The notes under the pieces: generated by a model
What the model saw: only the letters and a program-made list of their open reading frames with translations
What the model was told of the DNA's origin: nothing
Database searches by the model: none
Program-made: the position numbers and the translations under genes
In this document: one piece after another, positions 37,132 to 51,502 of the stretch
How the letters are laid out: each line of letters begins with the position of its first letter
How positions within the stretch are numbered: the stretch's first letter is position 1
Assembly (NCBI GenBank): GCA_050084515.1
Contig: CM114271.1
Location: forward strand, 28,086,001 to 28,150,000
Direction of reading: 5' to 3'
Origin: Blasia pusilla
Taxonomy: Eukaryota
Length of the DNA: 64,000 nucleotides

Positions 37132-40100
37132 GGAGAACGTCTACCATGAAAACCAATAACAGCAGCGAGCTCTGTAATAGCAGCAGCCAGCACTGTGGGA
37201 CAAGAGGAATTGCCTAGGGTAGTGTTGATTGTGCTGAGATATAGTCCTGCTTCACATCACCGGATGGAGTCACGATCATATCAACAGAAGGTATCTACAA
37301 AGAACATGAAGCTATCCATGACATAAGCACACTTTTGTTGTTGACCGTTCAATGACATATGACTCTCGGACAAGCGTGCTTCTTCAAAATCTGGAAAGTC
37401 TTAGTAGTTTAATGACAGGTGACCACCGCAAAGGCTAGCATTGGCTACGTGAATGTCCATTAGAAAGACCCGACAACTGTTAATCCACGTGTATTCACAT
37501 CTCTTATGTTTCCAAATCTGACCAGGTTTCTACGCGTGTAGCATAAAAGACACACACACGTAGGTAACAAATTTCGACCTCTATGTTCACATATGTATAT
37601 CACCAGCTTATCAATCTCAAGAGTACTTGGTCCTTCCTACAATGTCATATGTACACTACACGATTGAATGTAAAGAAGGAAATCAAAATGGTGCCGCTTG
37701 TACACTGTTCAAAAGTAGATTCATGACTGAATTGCAATAAAAGCTCGCGCTCCCGTAGATGTAAACCTATGTTGCGTTGTTCCTTCCATCGACTGAACGA
37801 TTGCCAGAATGCGGACTCTTCCGACAAATATGGAATTAATATCGATACGTACGGGGACCTCCGACTATTGCTTAATTCAGTGTACGCAGGCACAGACTCT
37901 CAAAGACTGGAGATTGGAAACTCACCGTTTGTATCTTCGCAGATGACCAAGAAAAGGAATTTCGTTGTAGCCGAAGAAGACCTTCACTGTCCGTAGACGA
38001 TCAATTCGGTCCCATTTGGGCGATGCTGCAGAATTCTCCAAAGACCTAAGGCTTGACAATGGGAAGAACTAATAGTGATTGCACCGTCTTACTCGAATGC
38101 CAAACACAAATATCTCTGAAGAACTCTGAAAAATTGATGCGCAAGCTCTGACAAGAGCGATGAACCCCAAAGACGACCTAAGTCTTGAGGATACTTATAC
38201 TGCCAATTCCCGCAAATAGGGGGCGAAGCACGTGCAGTTGCATTGGGTGCTATCGCTGAGTCTTCTACGCCTTTATTTATGACGAGCAAAGGAAGAACGC
38301 AGCCGCTCGTCATACAAGGGTACCTGTCCAAGAGTTAAATCGTGAAGCAGCCAGAAAATGCGTCGTCAGATCGATGGTAGTTGAGACGTTCGCTGCCGGA
38401 CGGTAATTCAACGACGAGAAAGCGACGTTGATAGCGTTAAAAGCGTGTCCTCATAAATATTTAGTCATGCCTGTTGCCCAAATAATCTCAACTCCCTCGC
38501 TTTTTCGACTATGCACTAAGATGTAGGGGGACTAGCACTGATAGTCTTCGAGAGCTTTTGATTTGCTCAAAATAGCGTACCCTGGAAGAATGATTTTCTG
38601 GCTACTTAGAACTCCGTGTTGAGGAACTGATCATGACCTCTCCGTTGTTGTTGTGTCGATAGTGGAACAGAAGAAAATAAGTTTAGCGGAAATAATTAGC
38701 AAACAAATTGAAAACCTCGGATTCAGGTGAATCCGTGTGCGAGTTAAATCTGCAAGTAAAAAATGAACTGGTCACTTACGATCGAGTACTTATGATTCGC
38801 TTTCGTATTTAAGAACTTACTTAATTTGATACTTCTGATACAATCTACGAAAAAGAAAGAAAAAAAAAAAACAAATTCAAGCTGCCTATGTAGGAAATCG
38901 ATGAGTATGAATCTTCAAAAGCTTCTTCACGCTTATTGCGTGAGCAGGTTTGGTAATCAATCCCATGCCACCTACCTTCACCTCCCTAGCTTGACATCGT
39001 AAATATCCACTGGCAATCGCTATCTCCCAAACCTTCCCAGCCACCCACGGGTGATGGGGAAGCGCGGGAGAAGGACGTCCAAAGTCCAGACATGGAAGAA
39101 GAGGGAACTCCCGCCACGGCAACTCACCATCGCGGCGACTGTTTCGTTGACAGATCGCGGAGTGACTAACTAGTCACTTGCTGCGCTTGTCGGGTGGAAA
39201 CTTAGATCGTCAGGCACGGGAGAGCCAACTTTCTAGCGATCTCGACTTTGAATGTACTGTAGGCAAGTTACAAGATAAAATGCCCAGGAGGATCGTTGAG
39301 CCGTATCCATTCATATGATCGTTTCCTCTCAATTGTAGTCGCACCACTGCTCTGAAGATGACAATGGTAATTAATCTGCTCCGCCTTTCCACTTGAGACT
39401 CTGAGTGACGGACATTATTTAATGGTTGTATTAGAATGGCCATCCTGGACTAGCGCGGGGTAGGTATACTCAACTACTAATGCAGTACCATAGGCAGGCC
39501 TGCCTACACACATAATACGGTTTCAGATGGAATCCAGATGATGGATCCACTCCAAGGCCAATAATTCTTATGTAGGTCCACTAGTCTATTGAGGTCCTCT
39601 TGCAGGCCTCTCATGGACCTCGACAATTCATCATGGTGATCAATGAGCTTCCCTGCACAGATCTATCAGTGGATTATCAAATTCTTCCCGGTATCAAATA
39701 GCCTACGCTTTGATTGCGAGGCCTGCAGGCGATCACATGGACCTTCCTATTTTCTTAACCTCGACGACGATCAACATCACACAAAAGTACACCTTCCTCA
39801 AAACAGGTTCAAGAACATTTCTCGGCCCTCATGATGGTTTATTTACTCACTGCTGAGAATTTTTCTCTGATCCATCTCCTACGCTCTGATCACCGCGGCG
39901 ATAAGGTATTAGCACTTTTATTCCAAATCTTTGGATCTGATTCTAGATTCGTGTTTATTGATCATGAGTTCGATTGAACAAACCTATATTTTCATAGTAC
40001 CATGACCAAAACCCTTAGAGAAGCACAAAGATTATACGTAAAACAAAGCTACTGTTCGATCAGTACCTCTCGCGGACCCGCGGGCTCGCTCCCCGAAGCA

Positions 40101-41046
40101 GCCAACACGCGACCGACCTGCAACCGAGGTCTGGGAAATCGAAGAGGAAATGAGGATGTGGGCCCGGGCTGTCTTTTGGACGAGAAGCGGACCCGTCATC
40201 CAGCTGGTCATTGCCGATTGGATCATCATGCGTGCCAGGAAAACCTCGGGAATCCAGATGGCTGACATGCACATTAAGCCCATTCCAGTCCCAGTCCAAA
40301 CAATTATTCTTCGTAGTTCTCTACGCTCCTCCTGTTTGTAGAATATTTTTCAAGAGTATCTGCTTCTCTCTACTGTAAAGTCTCGTTTGGGGCTGGCTAG
40401 CCGACGTGATCCACACTAATTAATCAGGTACGTTAAGCAGAGTTTCTTGGGTTTTTTAATCAGTGAAAACCTGCATGCCAACCGCCCACCGGGTATCCCT
40501 AGAGGTTTTTTTTATCTCTTGTAGATGTCACTTTAAAGCATCATGATATCGAGGCAATTGAAACCCTAAATTGAAATATTTGATGTCGCGTATAGGCGGA
40601 GGTGGGGATATGGAAACCTTCGAGCTCTCCCTCTACTACTCAGCCTACCTACATCTATTTATACAATAGGAAACTGGACCGAAAGCCTCTGAATCGTAAT
40701 CTCGTATCCATTTATCCATCTATTTACGCCAATGTAAGAAAAATACGAAATGGCCAGCAGTATCTCGAGTGCACGCGCTCACTGGCCACAGTTCGGTACT
40801 TATATGCCGCACTTGGAAGCGATGCCATAGAGTACCTCTGAGGGCACACAGCACAGGAGCTCTACCTATCATGCATGCCCTTGCAGGATGTTGATGTTGA
40901 TGGGTACATCTGTGCACTGGTTCTCACGCTCGGCATGTTTTGGTTCCCTGTGACAGTCGTAGAAATCCCCAAGTATTCGTAAGATGTGCCGTCTTGCGAT
41001 TTCGATTCAACCTTGAAGATATTATGTATCAAAAAGTGAGTACGTA

Positions 41047-41095
41047 TGCACAGCTTCCACGCAAGCATCAGCTATGCTTGCGTGGAAGCTGTGCA
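41047..41095. repeat. Perfect 22-bp stem / 5-nt loop inverted repeat
   Basis: tgcacagcttccacgcaagcat-cagct-atgcttgcgtggaagctgtgca. Confidence 0.95.
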
Positions 41096-44000
41096 CAGCT
41101 GATGGAGATCATCCGAGAAACTGCTTACAGTTTTTCAAATTCATACCACTCAAATATCCCAAATGCACGGTGCAAGAAATCAGACCTAGATCACGTGGAC
41201 AAGGAAACGAGGAGCGCACTCCGTCCGGAATTCCTGTGCCGACGAATGAAGCCAGCCCTGATATCCCAACACCGAAGTTCGGAAAGTCGACATCTGGGAG
41301 TCAGCCATCCGATTATAGCTTAAATTCCATCCCGGCGTATGTGCACTGTAACAGGCATCCGAGTCATAAATATCTACTGTCCCCAGCATATCCTGGCGCT
41401 CTTCGGTTTAGTTCACAATGTGAACAGGAACAGTATGCGAAACTTGACCACATCACATTGAAAATCTACAGGTATCCTTGAGCAACGCGCACGTAGATGT
41501 TAGACTCTGTGGTGAACATTCCGAAGTCCGAACGTCATATTCATGCACGAGTTTAGAGATTATAAATCTCCATAGATGCAGCGTCCATGGCAGCAGCCTT
41601 GTAAGCCCGGGAATAAATCAGAGAATGTGCACTGTGCTTTTTAGATTAGAAATCAGACTGTGAAGACTGTGGAACTCCGGATCCGTACACTTAGTGATGA
41701 ATATCTACTAAAGTCTACAAAGTTTAGTAGTTGTCCAAACACCAGTTAAAATTGATGCTGTACATATGTTTGTCCAAATCTGCCAGTACTGGCCATCCTG
41801 TACCACATCCCATACCTTGTCGGTGGCTACTAGTTACATTCAAGCTGACCATTGCACATTTTTTTACTCTCATTTTTTTCATCCATGATTCTATATCCAC
41901 TGTGTCTCGCGGACCTTCACTGCTAGGGTCACAACGTCTGCAGCACAACGCACGTCGGCGGCCACAACTGTTGCAAACTCACCATTAAGTCCAGGTACTG
42001 TGATATGAACCGCGTACCCCAGTTTCTTTGACAACATTCTCTGCGATGTATCACTTCAAAGCGCACATGAGGTGTCCGGCATGAATTGTAAGGCGGAATT
42101 CCATTCTAAACAATCTATCGACGGAAAACGATTGCACGCAAATCCCACCGAGGTTTACCGGGAATTATTTCAACTTTTACCGGATTGCAGCAACCTCTAT
42201 CGTCACTTGGCGCAGCGCAGTTAGGAGGAGATAGGATGGTGGCGCTGACGGTTATCACGTGATCTCTGGGATCCCATTCGAGCTACATCGGCCCTAATTA
42301 CACGCGCGTGTACCTGACCAAATCTGCTACCAAAGGCACAAACATTCCAACTTTGGAAATGAGTATTGCTTAGAGCCGCTTGTCATTCATCACACAAATT
42401 TCCATATCCATATCTACAAACTAACAGAAAGAGTCAGTCAGGAAAGATCGAATAAGTTGCAAATTCAGAATCTCTTCGCATTGTCCATCTACTGCGACCT
42501 CTCTGACTTGCTAAGTTACAACTAGCATCCGAGCCAGCAGACAAGATTTTGGGGCATCTTGTCGTAGAATGAACAATGTAAATGCTTTTTATACCAAGCT
42601 ATCTGCTATCCTACTCAAAACAGCTAAAGACCTGGTGCCATTACAAGTATTTTTACTACATGATACCGGGCCATCAGTAACCTATACCCGTGTCCCTCGT
42701 AATGGTAAAGAGCACGAACACCACATGGTCTCACGGGCCCTAGAAAACTGGAAACCACTCAAAAATTTCCAGACGTGGAAGAATTCAGTTGACCAAGTAA
42801 ATATAAATTTTGCTGTAGTCGAAGCTAGGATACAGTTAGTCCTGAGATCGACATCGAGCTTCATGGATACAGACTACAACTGTCTAACGCATGAGGAAGA
42901 TCTCGAACCGAAAACCCTACCGAGAATGCCGACTAGACATTGAGGGGATTCGAACCTGGGACACAAGTTCATATCCATGCACGTGCGTACATTTCCAAGT
43001 GCATCTTCGAACTGGTAAGGACAAGCTGGTCAGATTTTGTTGGAAAGTCTACTTCATCGCCTCATTGATCAAGGTTCTACAAAGTATAGAGATGGTGATT
43101 GAATCCGATCAATTAAAGTTCAAAGCACCAGGAACACAACGATTGTCATCCGCCCAAACAGCGGCTTTACAATTATGCACGGATCTCCATGTCAAAGCTA
43201 CAGATAAATCTATCCTTTATTAGCGGATTTCCATATTGAATCTGCACTCCGCTATTCACTCTACATGTAAGACCTGTTGCATTCATATCGTGGACATATG
43301 TACCGATTGCTCCGAGGCAAAAGGTCCAACATAAAACCACCGTAAGTGCCTGTCCATTACCAAGTCCAAGCTACGACCGTCATGACTGCACTGGAATTCT
43401 GCTTTGAAGCTGTCTGACTTACAAGCTTACGTTCTCCTCTCCGAATCCTGTTCCTGGCCCTGGGATATGTTCAGACCAAGATGTTTGTGCGACGTAGACC
43501 CTTTCCTGGGGCTCGAGTCCAACAGCTGTTGCAGTATGTTCACACCGAACGGCCGAAATGTCATTCCAGCATGATTCCCGAGGACATCAATAGCTCAGGA
43601 GTCTGATATGCACCAGTCCTGTGATGATCGTCCGGGTCACATTCTTATCGACATCAGCAAGCGGTGAATGACGGTGAACTTGGAAGATTTCAGACAAGCT
43701 CCCTTTTCAAGATTATTCTTCCGATCTTCAACATCGACTTTGCAGTAGAATATTTCCGTTCGTACCTCACTTCCAAAAACATATTACGTCTCTGACCATT
43801 ATCTCACATGCTCTCACACATCGTCATAACCTTTTTTCTGGAGTCTGGCCTCTCGCTCTTCCGTAACAGAAGTACTTTTATTGATCATATGCACGACCTC
43901 TGGCTAGACTGTATAAATGAGCGTGGAGTCGCAAACTAGCTTCCCGATTACAGGTAGCGTATGCGGCCACGCTCTGAAGCTCATGGCAATCCGAATAATC

Positions 44001-46759
44001 GAGAGTATAGCTAGATAGAGTTCCGACCTTCCTGATCACGCTCCAGTCAAGCGGTTCACGGTCTGCGCGCGGTGGCCCGTTTTAGGAAAGTCAGCTACTC
44101 TTCAGCCTCCATTCTCAAGAATCCCGACAAGCTCATAGGAATGCTCCTCCTCAACCCAGATAACGCAGAACATGCACGCAGAGCCTCATGGAATCGATGT
44201 CTTTAAAGTACATCCGTAGTGACCTTGTACTTCATGCAAGAATCGTCGGTCAAGTTTGGTCAAGTGTCGTCCGGCTAGATGGGTAAATCACCCTACCTAG
44301 ATATACCCGGTGGAAATCAGGACTCCACAATCGAGAATCTCGGAAGTTGACCCACGCCTGTACCAGTGTTACAGTTCTTGCTAGTGCTGTGCGAACATGT
44401 ATGACAGCAGCTCGGTGCTGGTGCTCCCCGTCGTCGCCAAGGTTGATGCACAAAAAGGTGAACCGCCGGGTTTATCTAGGTTATAACTGCGTAACCTGCA
44501 TGACGGCATCTGGATTCGGAAAGCCGGGTCGGGTCGGGTCGTGTCCACGGATTATGGCAATGCGATCCACCCGGTCCTTACTTGCGATTGCACGTCAACC
44601 AATGTCGATAAAGGTGGTTTCCTTGTCTTCAACTGGAGCATTGCAGCCCAGGGACGATCCCAGTCTTTAAGATGGTGGAGTGGTCCCACACTGTGAATTA
44701 AGTTCGAGACCAGGTGCTGGAATTTGACTCTGCAACTTCGCAGGTGTGAAGATCATGTCTAGCAATTATCATCATTTGTGCGCTATACACTTTCCTAAGG
44801 CCAAAAAGTGCAGCATCTGGACTTTTTCTTCCCGTAGATGAGAGAAGATTCCTCGCTTTATAAGCGGTGTACAGAATCAAATGGTCATTTCAATATACAT
44901 GTGGATGCAAGATTCGAGTCAAGACCTCAAAGGTGAGCCTGACTCCTAGGTTTATCATCTCACGGATCACTAGTTCATCCCTGAGATTTCCTAAACTATA
45001 TACACGATACGGAAGTGGACCTTTCACCTCGTAAAGTCACATGAAACTATAGTCAACAAAGGATAAATTCACAAGACGAGCATCAATCACCTGTGACAGC
45101 TTCGGCTTCGAAACATGACTTGTCCAGCATACTGGCGCAGACTGTAGCCCTCGCCTGTCTGCTTGTTTCCTCACGGGAACGCAGCAAGCACATCTATGGA
45201 TTGGGCCCCGAGTGCGTGGGAACGGCTCGCTCAGGAACAGCTCAGGAGATCTGGAGTCACAGGGGATTCAAACGACGTGGCCTCTGCTACGGGTCCTGCT
45301 TAGAACAAGCGAGTCACATTGCGCTCATGGAGTGAATCCAAAATGGAATCTTGGACCATAATTAGAAAATTATAACATTTCTCTTCTATTATAATAATAA
45401 ACATCAAAAGAGGATAAAAAATAATAATTTTTAAAATGAGAAGTTAAAAAATGCATAATACAATGAAAAAGAAAATGGCAACACCCATTGATAAAATCTG
45501 ACAAAAACAATAGCAGTTGTGACGCGTGAAAATAAGACGCTACAAGATCTATCATTTGGTTTCTCCACTTCACCAAGAGTACATGTCAATCGGGCAGTGG
45601 TAACTAATTGGTTGTTAGGTGAGGAGCGTTAAGTTTCATGATTTAACATAATTTTACTCCCTGAATTCCAGATTAGTATACTAGAGCAAAACCCATGTTA
45701 GGGTTCTGTACTAAAATTCATCCTACCTAAAACAAATGTCTTCGTCCTGGTTGGTCACATAAAGAGACCCTTACAAGCCAAGTAAATTATCCTTGTTAGT
45801 GGTATAGATATCAGTAATACAGATAAAACCAAGTTTTGTATCATTACTTATTTGGTTGGGTGAGTTAAGTAAACTAGCATTGAAGGGTGTTTCAAGCGTT
45901 TCATAATCTTTTTTTCTAACACGCAAGAGAGCATGATCAAAACCTACCCCGGTTTCTTTAGATTAGAATCCACTATGAAAATATGGGATGATGGATTTTG
46001 TTTTTTACTTCCTTATTATATTTTTTTTTTTTAAATCGCTCCTCCTTTTTTTCTTTAGGATGAAGATGTGGTGATGTCCTTTTTACGGCCTCTACATATA
46101 CGTCTCCTAATAAATACTCGCTAGGGGGCCGCTCCACATTTGAAAAAGTTGGTTCTCGATGGGCAGGGCCTCCGGCTAATTTGCATGACTACATGGCATA
46201 ATGTCGTAAGTCAAGCTCCCTAGGTTCCTAAGCGAAGGGTGCTACTCAGGTCGTGGCGCTTAATTCTCGATTAATTCTGAACCTCAACTCAAACATGTGG
46301 CGTAGCCATTTTAAACTCAGCCTAAGAATGCCTAAGAATGGTCAGTTTGCACGAGCATAGCACCTTCGCTTGCACCTCCATTGCTACTCCTTGGTATTAC
46401 CACCACTCGTTCAGGCCTGCCCTCTCGGGCTCCATCGATAGTGCACCAATCCTAGCAGAGATTTTCGACCTCATGCGTGCGATGAGAAATTCAGCTCCAA
46501 CGAACTATTACTCATCTGCGGACGATCGTCGTTCACCTTATGGTCAAGCAACATTTCTTTTCCATCTTGGTTCATCTTTCTTCTCCAGTCTCTCGTATTT
46601 CGCACTCAGCTTCCGGTTAGCTTCTCCACTTCAATCTGCTCCTTGCTAGGTCCTTGAGTAATTTTTCCATTTCTCTCGTCTGCTTGTTGTTGTTTTGTGC
46701 CATGCTTGTTGCATTCAATTTCATCCGGGAGCTACACCTGTATTGGCCAGGTTTGCACC

Positions 46760-47430
46760 TTCTTTCTTGAGTGCAGCTCCTCCCTTCTTGTTCCTAATCA
46801 TTTGGCTGATCCGTTTGGCTTGGCTTTAATCAGAGTTATTAGCTACTTCTGTCGTGACCAAATCCTCTGAATTCCATCATGTGCGCCTCTTGCTGATGAT
46901 TACAACTGGTCTTTCTTCAATGCGGCTCCTCCCTTCTTTTTTCTGATCGTTTTGTTGATCGGCTTGTTAGCTGCTACTATCGTGACCAAGTCCTCTCAAT
47001 TCCATCCTAGGCGCGTCTTGCTGATGATTACAACTGGTCTTTCTTCAGTGCGGCTCCTCCCTTCTTTTTGCTGATCGTTTTGTTGATCAGCTTGTTAGCT
47101 GCTACTATCGTGACCAAGTCCTGTGAATTCCATCTTGGGTGCCTCTTGCTGATGATTACAACTGGTCTTTCTTTAGTGCGGCTCCTCCCTTCTTTTTTCT
47201 GATTGTTTTGTTAATCAGCTTGTTAGCTACTACTTTCGTGACCAAGTCCTCTGAATTCCATCTTGGGCGCCTCTTGCTAATGATTACAACTGGTCTTTCT
47301 TCAGTGTGGCTCCTCCCTTCTTTTTGCTGATCGGATTGGCTTGGATTTAAAGAGATTTAATAACTGCTATTATCATGATCAAGTCCTTTGAATTCCATCC
47401 TGGGCACCTCTTGCTGATGATTAAAGATGG
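46760..47430. repeat. 128-bp tandem repeat, about 5 copies
   Basis: cgtgaccaa recurs at about 46853, 46981, 47109 and 47237, with diverged copies on either side. Confidence 0.92.
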
Positions 47431-47517
47431 TCTGTCATTCTAGTACACACAACTGTTGCTTCGCTACATTCTCAATTTGTCGATGGCGGCTTGTCTGATT
47501 TCGACTAAGACCCCAAA

Positions 47518-47837
47518 CAAGGTTGCATGTGGACAAAGTCCGTGTCCGTGGACATGTCCATGGCTATGGACTTATGTCCGTCCTATGGAAGGACTTGTCC
47601 ATATGGGCCCCACCTTTCCCTTCTTTCTCATTCCACTTATTTTCCTTCGTGTTCCATACTCCCCCATTTCTTTCTCCCTCCACCTCCACTCCCTCATCAC
47701 TCATTGCTCCTCTCATCCTTGCATTGCCTTCCATCATGGACTAAAAGTATGGGTCCCACCTCTTGTAGTTCATATCCATGGACATGTTCAGACTTGTCCA
47801 TCCTAAGGAAGGACTTGTCCATTTTTGTGCAACTATG
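47518..47837 (+). mobile_element. hAT-type MITE (copy 2, 320 bp), 8-bp TSD
   Basis: Termini CAAGGTTGCA...TGCAACTATG; flanks ACCCCAAA (47510-47517) and ATCCCAAA (47838-47845), 7/8 identical. Confidence 0.92.
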
Positions 47838-50222
47838 ATCCCAAACCCTGTAGTCGACTACTTTGCCTATGTAGTTGGCTCATGAAGTGCCCTAAGCAGA
47901 ATTCTCTTCTTTCCACAGCTAAGTGAGCATGAACTTGTTCATTATCAAGTGGTTACCTACTTACGTTTTGCATTATATGCACATATCTTCTTGAACACAA
48001 GTGCTTGTTGTGGTATTTGTAGTGCAGAAGCAGTTCTATAGGACATCCTGAGTTTTGCTCGAATCTGGTACAACATCTGTTCTGTGCATCCGCAGGTGTA
48101 GATGCGCATCTCTCAACCATCTGTTTAGTTATTTCTTTCTGGAAATGCTTCAAGGACAATTGATACTCGCTTCTTAGTAGACGTTGCTATCATAGGCAAC
48201 TTAGAACTTCCCTTAAAGCACAGTTACAGGCTCTGAGTAATTTCCTATACATTCAGACTTGGACACTGCACTACTCAGCTCACATAAATTTATTACGGCC
48301 ATTGAATCCTACCATGCGTCTCTACTATGTGAAACAATCCGTTCTACCTTTGAATGACTTCCTCTAGCAAGGATATGTTTGTGACTTGAGCATTGCGCTA
48401 GGCCGAGTACCAAGCAAAAGCATGGTTGTTCTGCTACCTCTTGCTACTTAGGATTCATCCAGATTCAGGTAACACCGTAATTGAACTCTAAAGGCTATTC
48501 CAGCAATTAAGAGTTCAATCTATAAAACATCTTTCCTACTACTCAGTGGAGTAGCTCCTGCTTTTGCAATGTAGACTATCCCAGCAGCCAGCGAATTCGG
48601 TTACATAAGACATCCTTTCTATTACTGAATAGAAGTTTTACTGTTTTTACTATCAAGTATGCAGCTACATTGAGCAATGGTGCTACACCTGCACCTACAC
48701 TAGCACTTCTGTTTATGGTGTTGCTCTGATGGATGCAAGACCACTAAGGCATGAACCACTCTCTTGTAGCTTTGGCAGGCTCATTTGTGCCTATTTCGAG
48801 GGTTTTCTTTGCTTAAGTGATGTACCAGCTCCATTCTATGAGGGATACCTAGGGGACTCCTACATCCGCAAGACTAATTTTAGGCTCAGAATAACAAAGT
48901 AAGCATTCTTATGCATCATCTGGCTGCGTTAAGAATCACTCAACCCGAAGTAGAACCATAAGCTCAAGGTACTCAAACCTATGTTGATAACTCTGGTTGT
49001 AGTCAGAGTTTATACAAGCTTAAGTAAAAGCATAAAGTAAAGTGCAAAAACACTAGCTCCTTGTAGCCAGACTAAGTATTCATTCAACAGAAGTAAAACT
49101 CAGCTAAGTGCACATCTTCTTCAATAGCTTAACAATAGTGTGCCTGTATGTAGTTTACATCATGATGAAGTTGCATTGAAAATGTTATTCCATGTACAAG
49201 AACTTGATGAGCCCATATCTAGCACTTGCCATTTATTGGAGTAGTGTTCCACACAAAGTTGAATCCGCACTATCTAAATTCAACCATATTCTCATAGATT
49301 GAAGAATCCAATGACTAAACAACAACCTACTGCAATCTGAGCTACCCAAGTCACTAGGCAGCTGGGTCTTGTGATACTCATATAAATCTGCTTAATTGAA
49401 ATTAGTAATGCTTAATTGACATTAGTGAGCTACCAGCACTCTCATAATATAGCTCTTACAACTCTGAGTTTGGCTTTGAGGCTCAGACTTACCTTCAAAT
49501 GCCAGCATAATGACATATTTACATGCAATCTGTGGGAGGCTGCTCATCCTTATTTTGTTACTAATGTACTCTAAGCATCAATGATATTCCTTACTCCCTT
49601 GGTAATATAGTCTAAGCTTCACTAAGCATTGCACCTTATCACAGGTGTTGCTTACATGCACTTAAGCACCCGGTAATACTCCATTGGAATCACTTTCTGT
49701 ATAACACATACATCACGTCTGTAGGATCCAACTCTCCACAACCAAAAAGCAACATTGCCTAGAGTAGCTACCAGTTCCAAATTCTAGCTGAAGCAAATAC
49801 AATATGGGGAGCTCTTCTAGACCAACCTCACGTAATAGACCCAACTCAACTTCTGCGAGAAGGAAACAACAGTTCAACAAGAGCAGATTGACTACCTTGA
49901 GAGATTCCAGGAGAAGAAGAGTTGCTCTGCTGAGAAGCTTAGCATGTAAGCCACAATATCAGGGTTGCCCTTTCGTAGATATGTACATCAAGCAATGGGA
50001 ATCAGTCTGTTCACAATCAATAAAGCAGATGCAATGCTATGGATATTGTGGTTATGTGCAATACGGGAGCTCACACTCACGCATGTGTCTGCTTGAATCT
50101 GATTGCAACCTACCATATGCTTTATGTAATGGTTTCTTCAAAGACTATGCATCTCCCCAATGAGGTAGATTCTATGTGTGTGACATTTGCATTGCAGATA
50201 AACCATGCACGCATTTCAACGT

Positions 50223-51502
50223 TGTCGTATAATAAAATCAGCCAGTGTGTAAACTCCTTCCCCGTTAAGTGTTAGATAGAGTTTTATTAGTATTAAGTAA
50301 ATTAGCTTAAGAAAAAAAAATTCCCATGTTTAAACCTCTTAATGGTGCCTCTTTTATGTGGGCCCAACTTTAGGAAAAGAGGTAATAAATAAAAGATGAC
50401 TTTATAAAATTAAAGTAGTGAGGTTGATGCTTTAATGAAAAGCAAAAGTAGGCTTGGTTGGTGGCTAGGTTAGTTGGGGTAATTTGGAAAATATCAAGTG
50501 GATAAAATAGGATATTTTGGAAGAGATAAGAGAAAATCTACTTGTGTCAAAATGTGATTGGCTAAACCTTGAGAGGAAACCATGTGGCACAAGATAAGAT
50601 TAGTTCTATTTCGTACTCTTGTGGATCACTTGTGAGTATATAAAGAGGAGGGACCTTCAAGGGTTCATCCCCTTCTATTCCACGTCTTGAGTCTCTCGTG
50701 TCACTCTTGAGTGTATGACTTTGGGATTGCTTGCTCTTCTAATGAGAATGGATCACCCCTCTTGGGAGAATAACTTGACCATGGTCTATTCTTTGAGAGA
50801 TTTCTAGAGTGTGGTGTGTGTGTGTGGAGATGAGAGGTTTGTCACCTTAGAGGAGTTTAGTCATACTAAAATCGTGAATGTTTTGGCTTGTTACTGTCCC
50901 AATGAGAATGGATTACCCCTCTTGGGAGAATAACTCCGCCAAAACCCATTCTTGAGGAGAGTAGAGAATGTTTGTCAAACATGGATAGGAGTGGAGCACT
51001 AGTTGTGCCCGATTTTCCTTTCCTCAATCCATATCATATCAAGATACTCTTTGTAGATAGGCATTGGTTCACTCGCTATTTAGTTTATCACTTTGGAGAG
51101 GCATTCATGAACCTGGTCATTCAATCTCCAACTCCGGTGATCCTTCCTATCGTCACATATGCAAGGACATGGGATTGTACTTTGTATGTCTTTATATAGC
51201 GATCCATGGACGTCAATAGGCCTGCTTAAATAGGGTTTAACACTAGTTGTGTTATCTTCCTCGTGTACAAGCGTAAAGTAGTTTATAGGGATTTTATAGT
51301 TAGGAATTTCAGGATCCAATGTCTCGAAGAAGTGATCGCCTCGGCACTTCCATTTGTGATACTTGTCGTGAGAGAATTGAGAGTATACATAATAATCTTG
51401 TATTGAAAAAGGAGAACTTCTTAGAGAGTTCACCTTGCATCGACCACGTCTGCCGCAGCTAGAAGGCATGCCCTTACTCAAAGAAAGGCTCTCAACACAA
51501 CA
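50223..51502 (+). mobile_element. Solo LTR (third family, 1280 bp), 4-bp TSD ACGT
   Basis: Ends TGTCGT...ACAACA. ACGT at 50219-50222 and 51503-51506. TATATAAA at ~50637; internal 35-bp direct repeat at 50741/50901. Removing it restores the Helitron frame (HFNVYMIP). Confidence 0.85.

Noticed and set aside
39491-39506. 16-bp palindrome taggcaggcctgccta (and an 8-bp stem at 39161-39178)
   Set aside because: Short enough to arise by chance in 64 kb; no context supporting function.
39420-39660. Minus-strand exon-like coiled-coil (DHHDELSRSMRGLQEDLNRLVDL)
   Set aside because: Isolated, with no consistent neighbouring exons or recognisable homology.
42940-42961. Minus-strand B-box GGTTCGAATCC (tRNA or SINE)
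   Set aside because: No A-box or cloverleaf upstream.
42569-43223. 124-aa and 110-aa ORFs
   Set aside because: No motif, splice support or codon-level evidence.
50270-50981. Shorter LTR boundaries TGTTAGA...TCAAACA
   Set aside because: No TSD; the 50223-51502 boundaries give a TSD and restore the Helitron frame.
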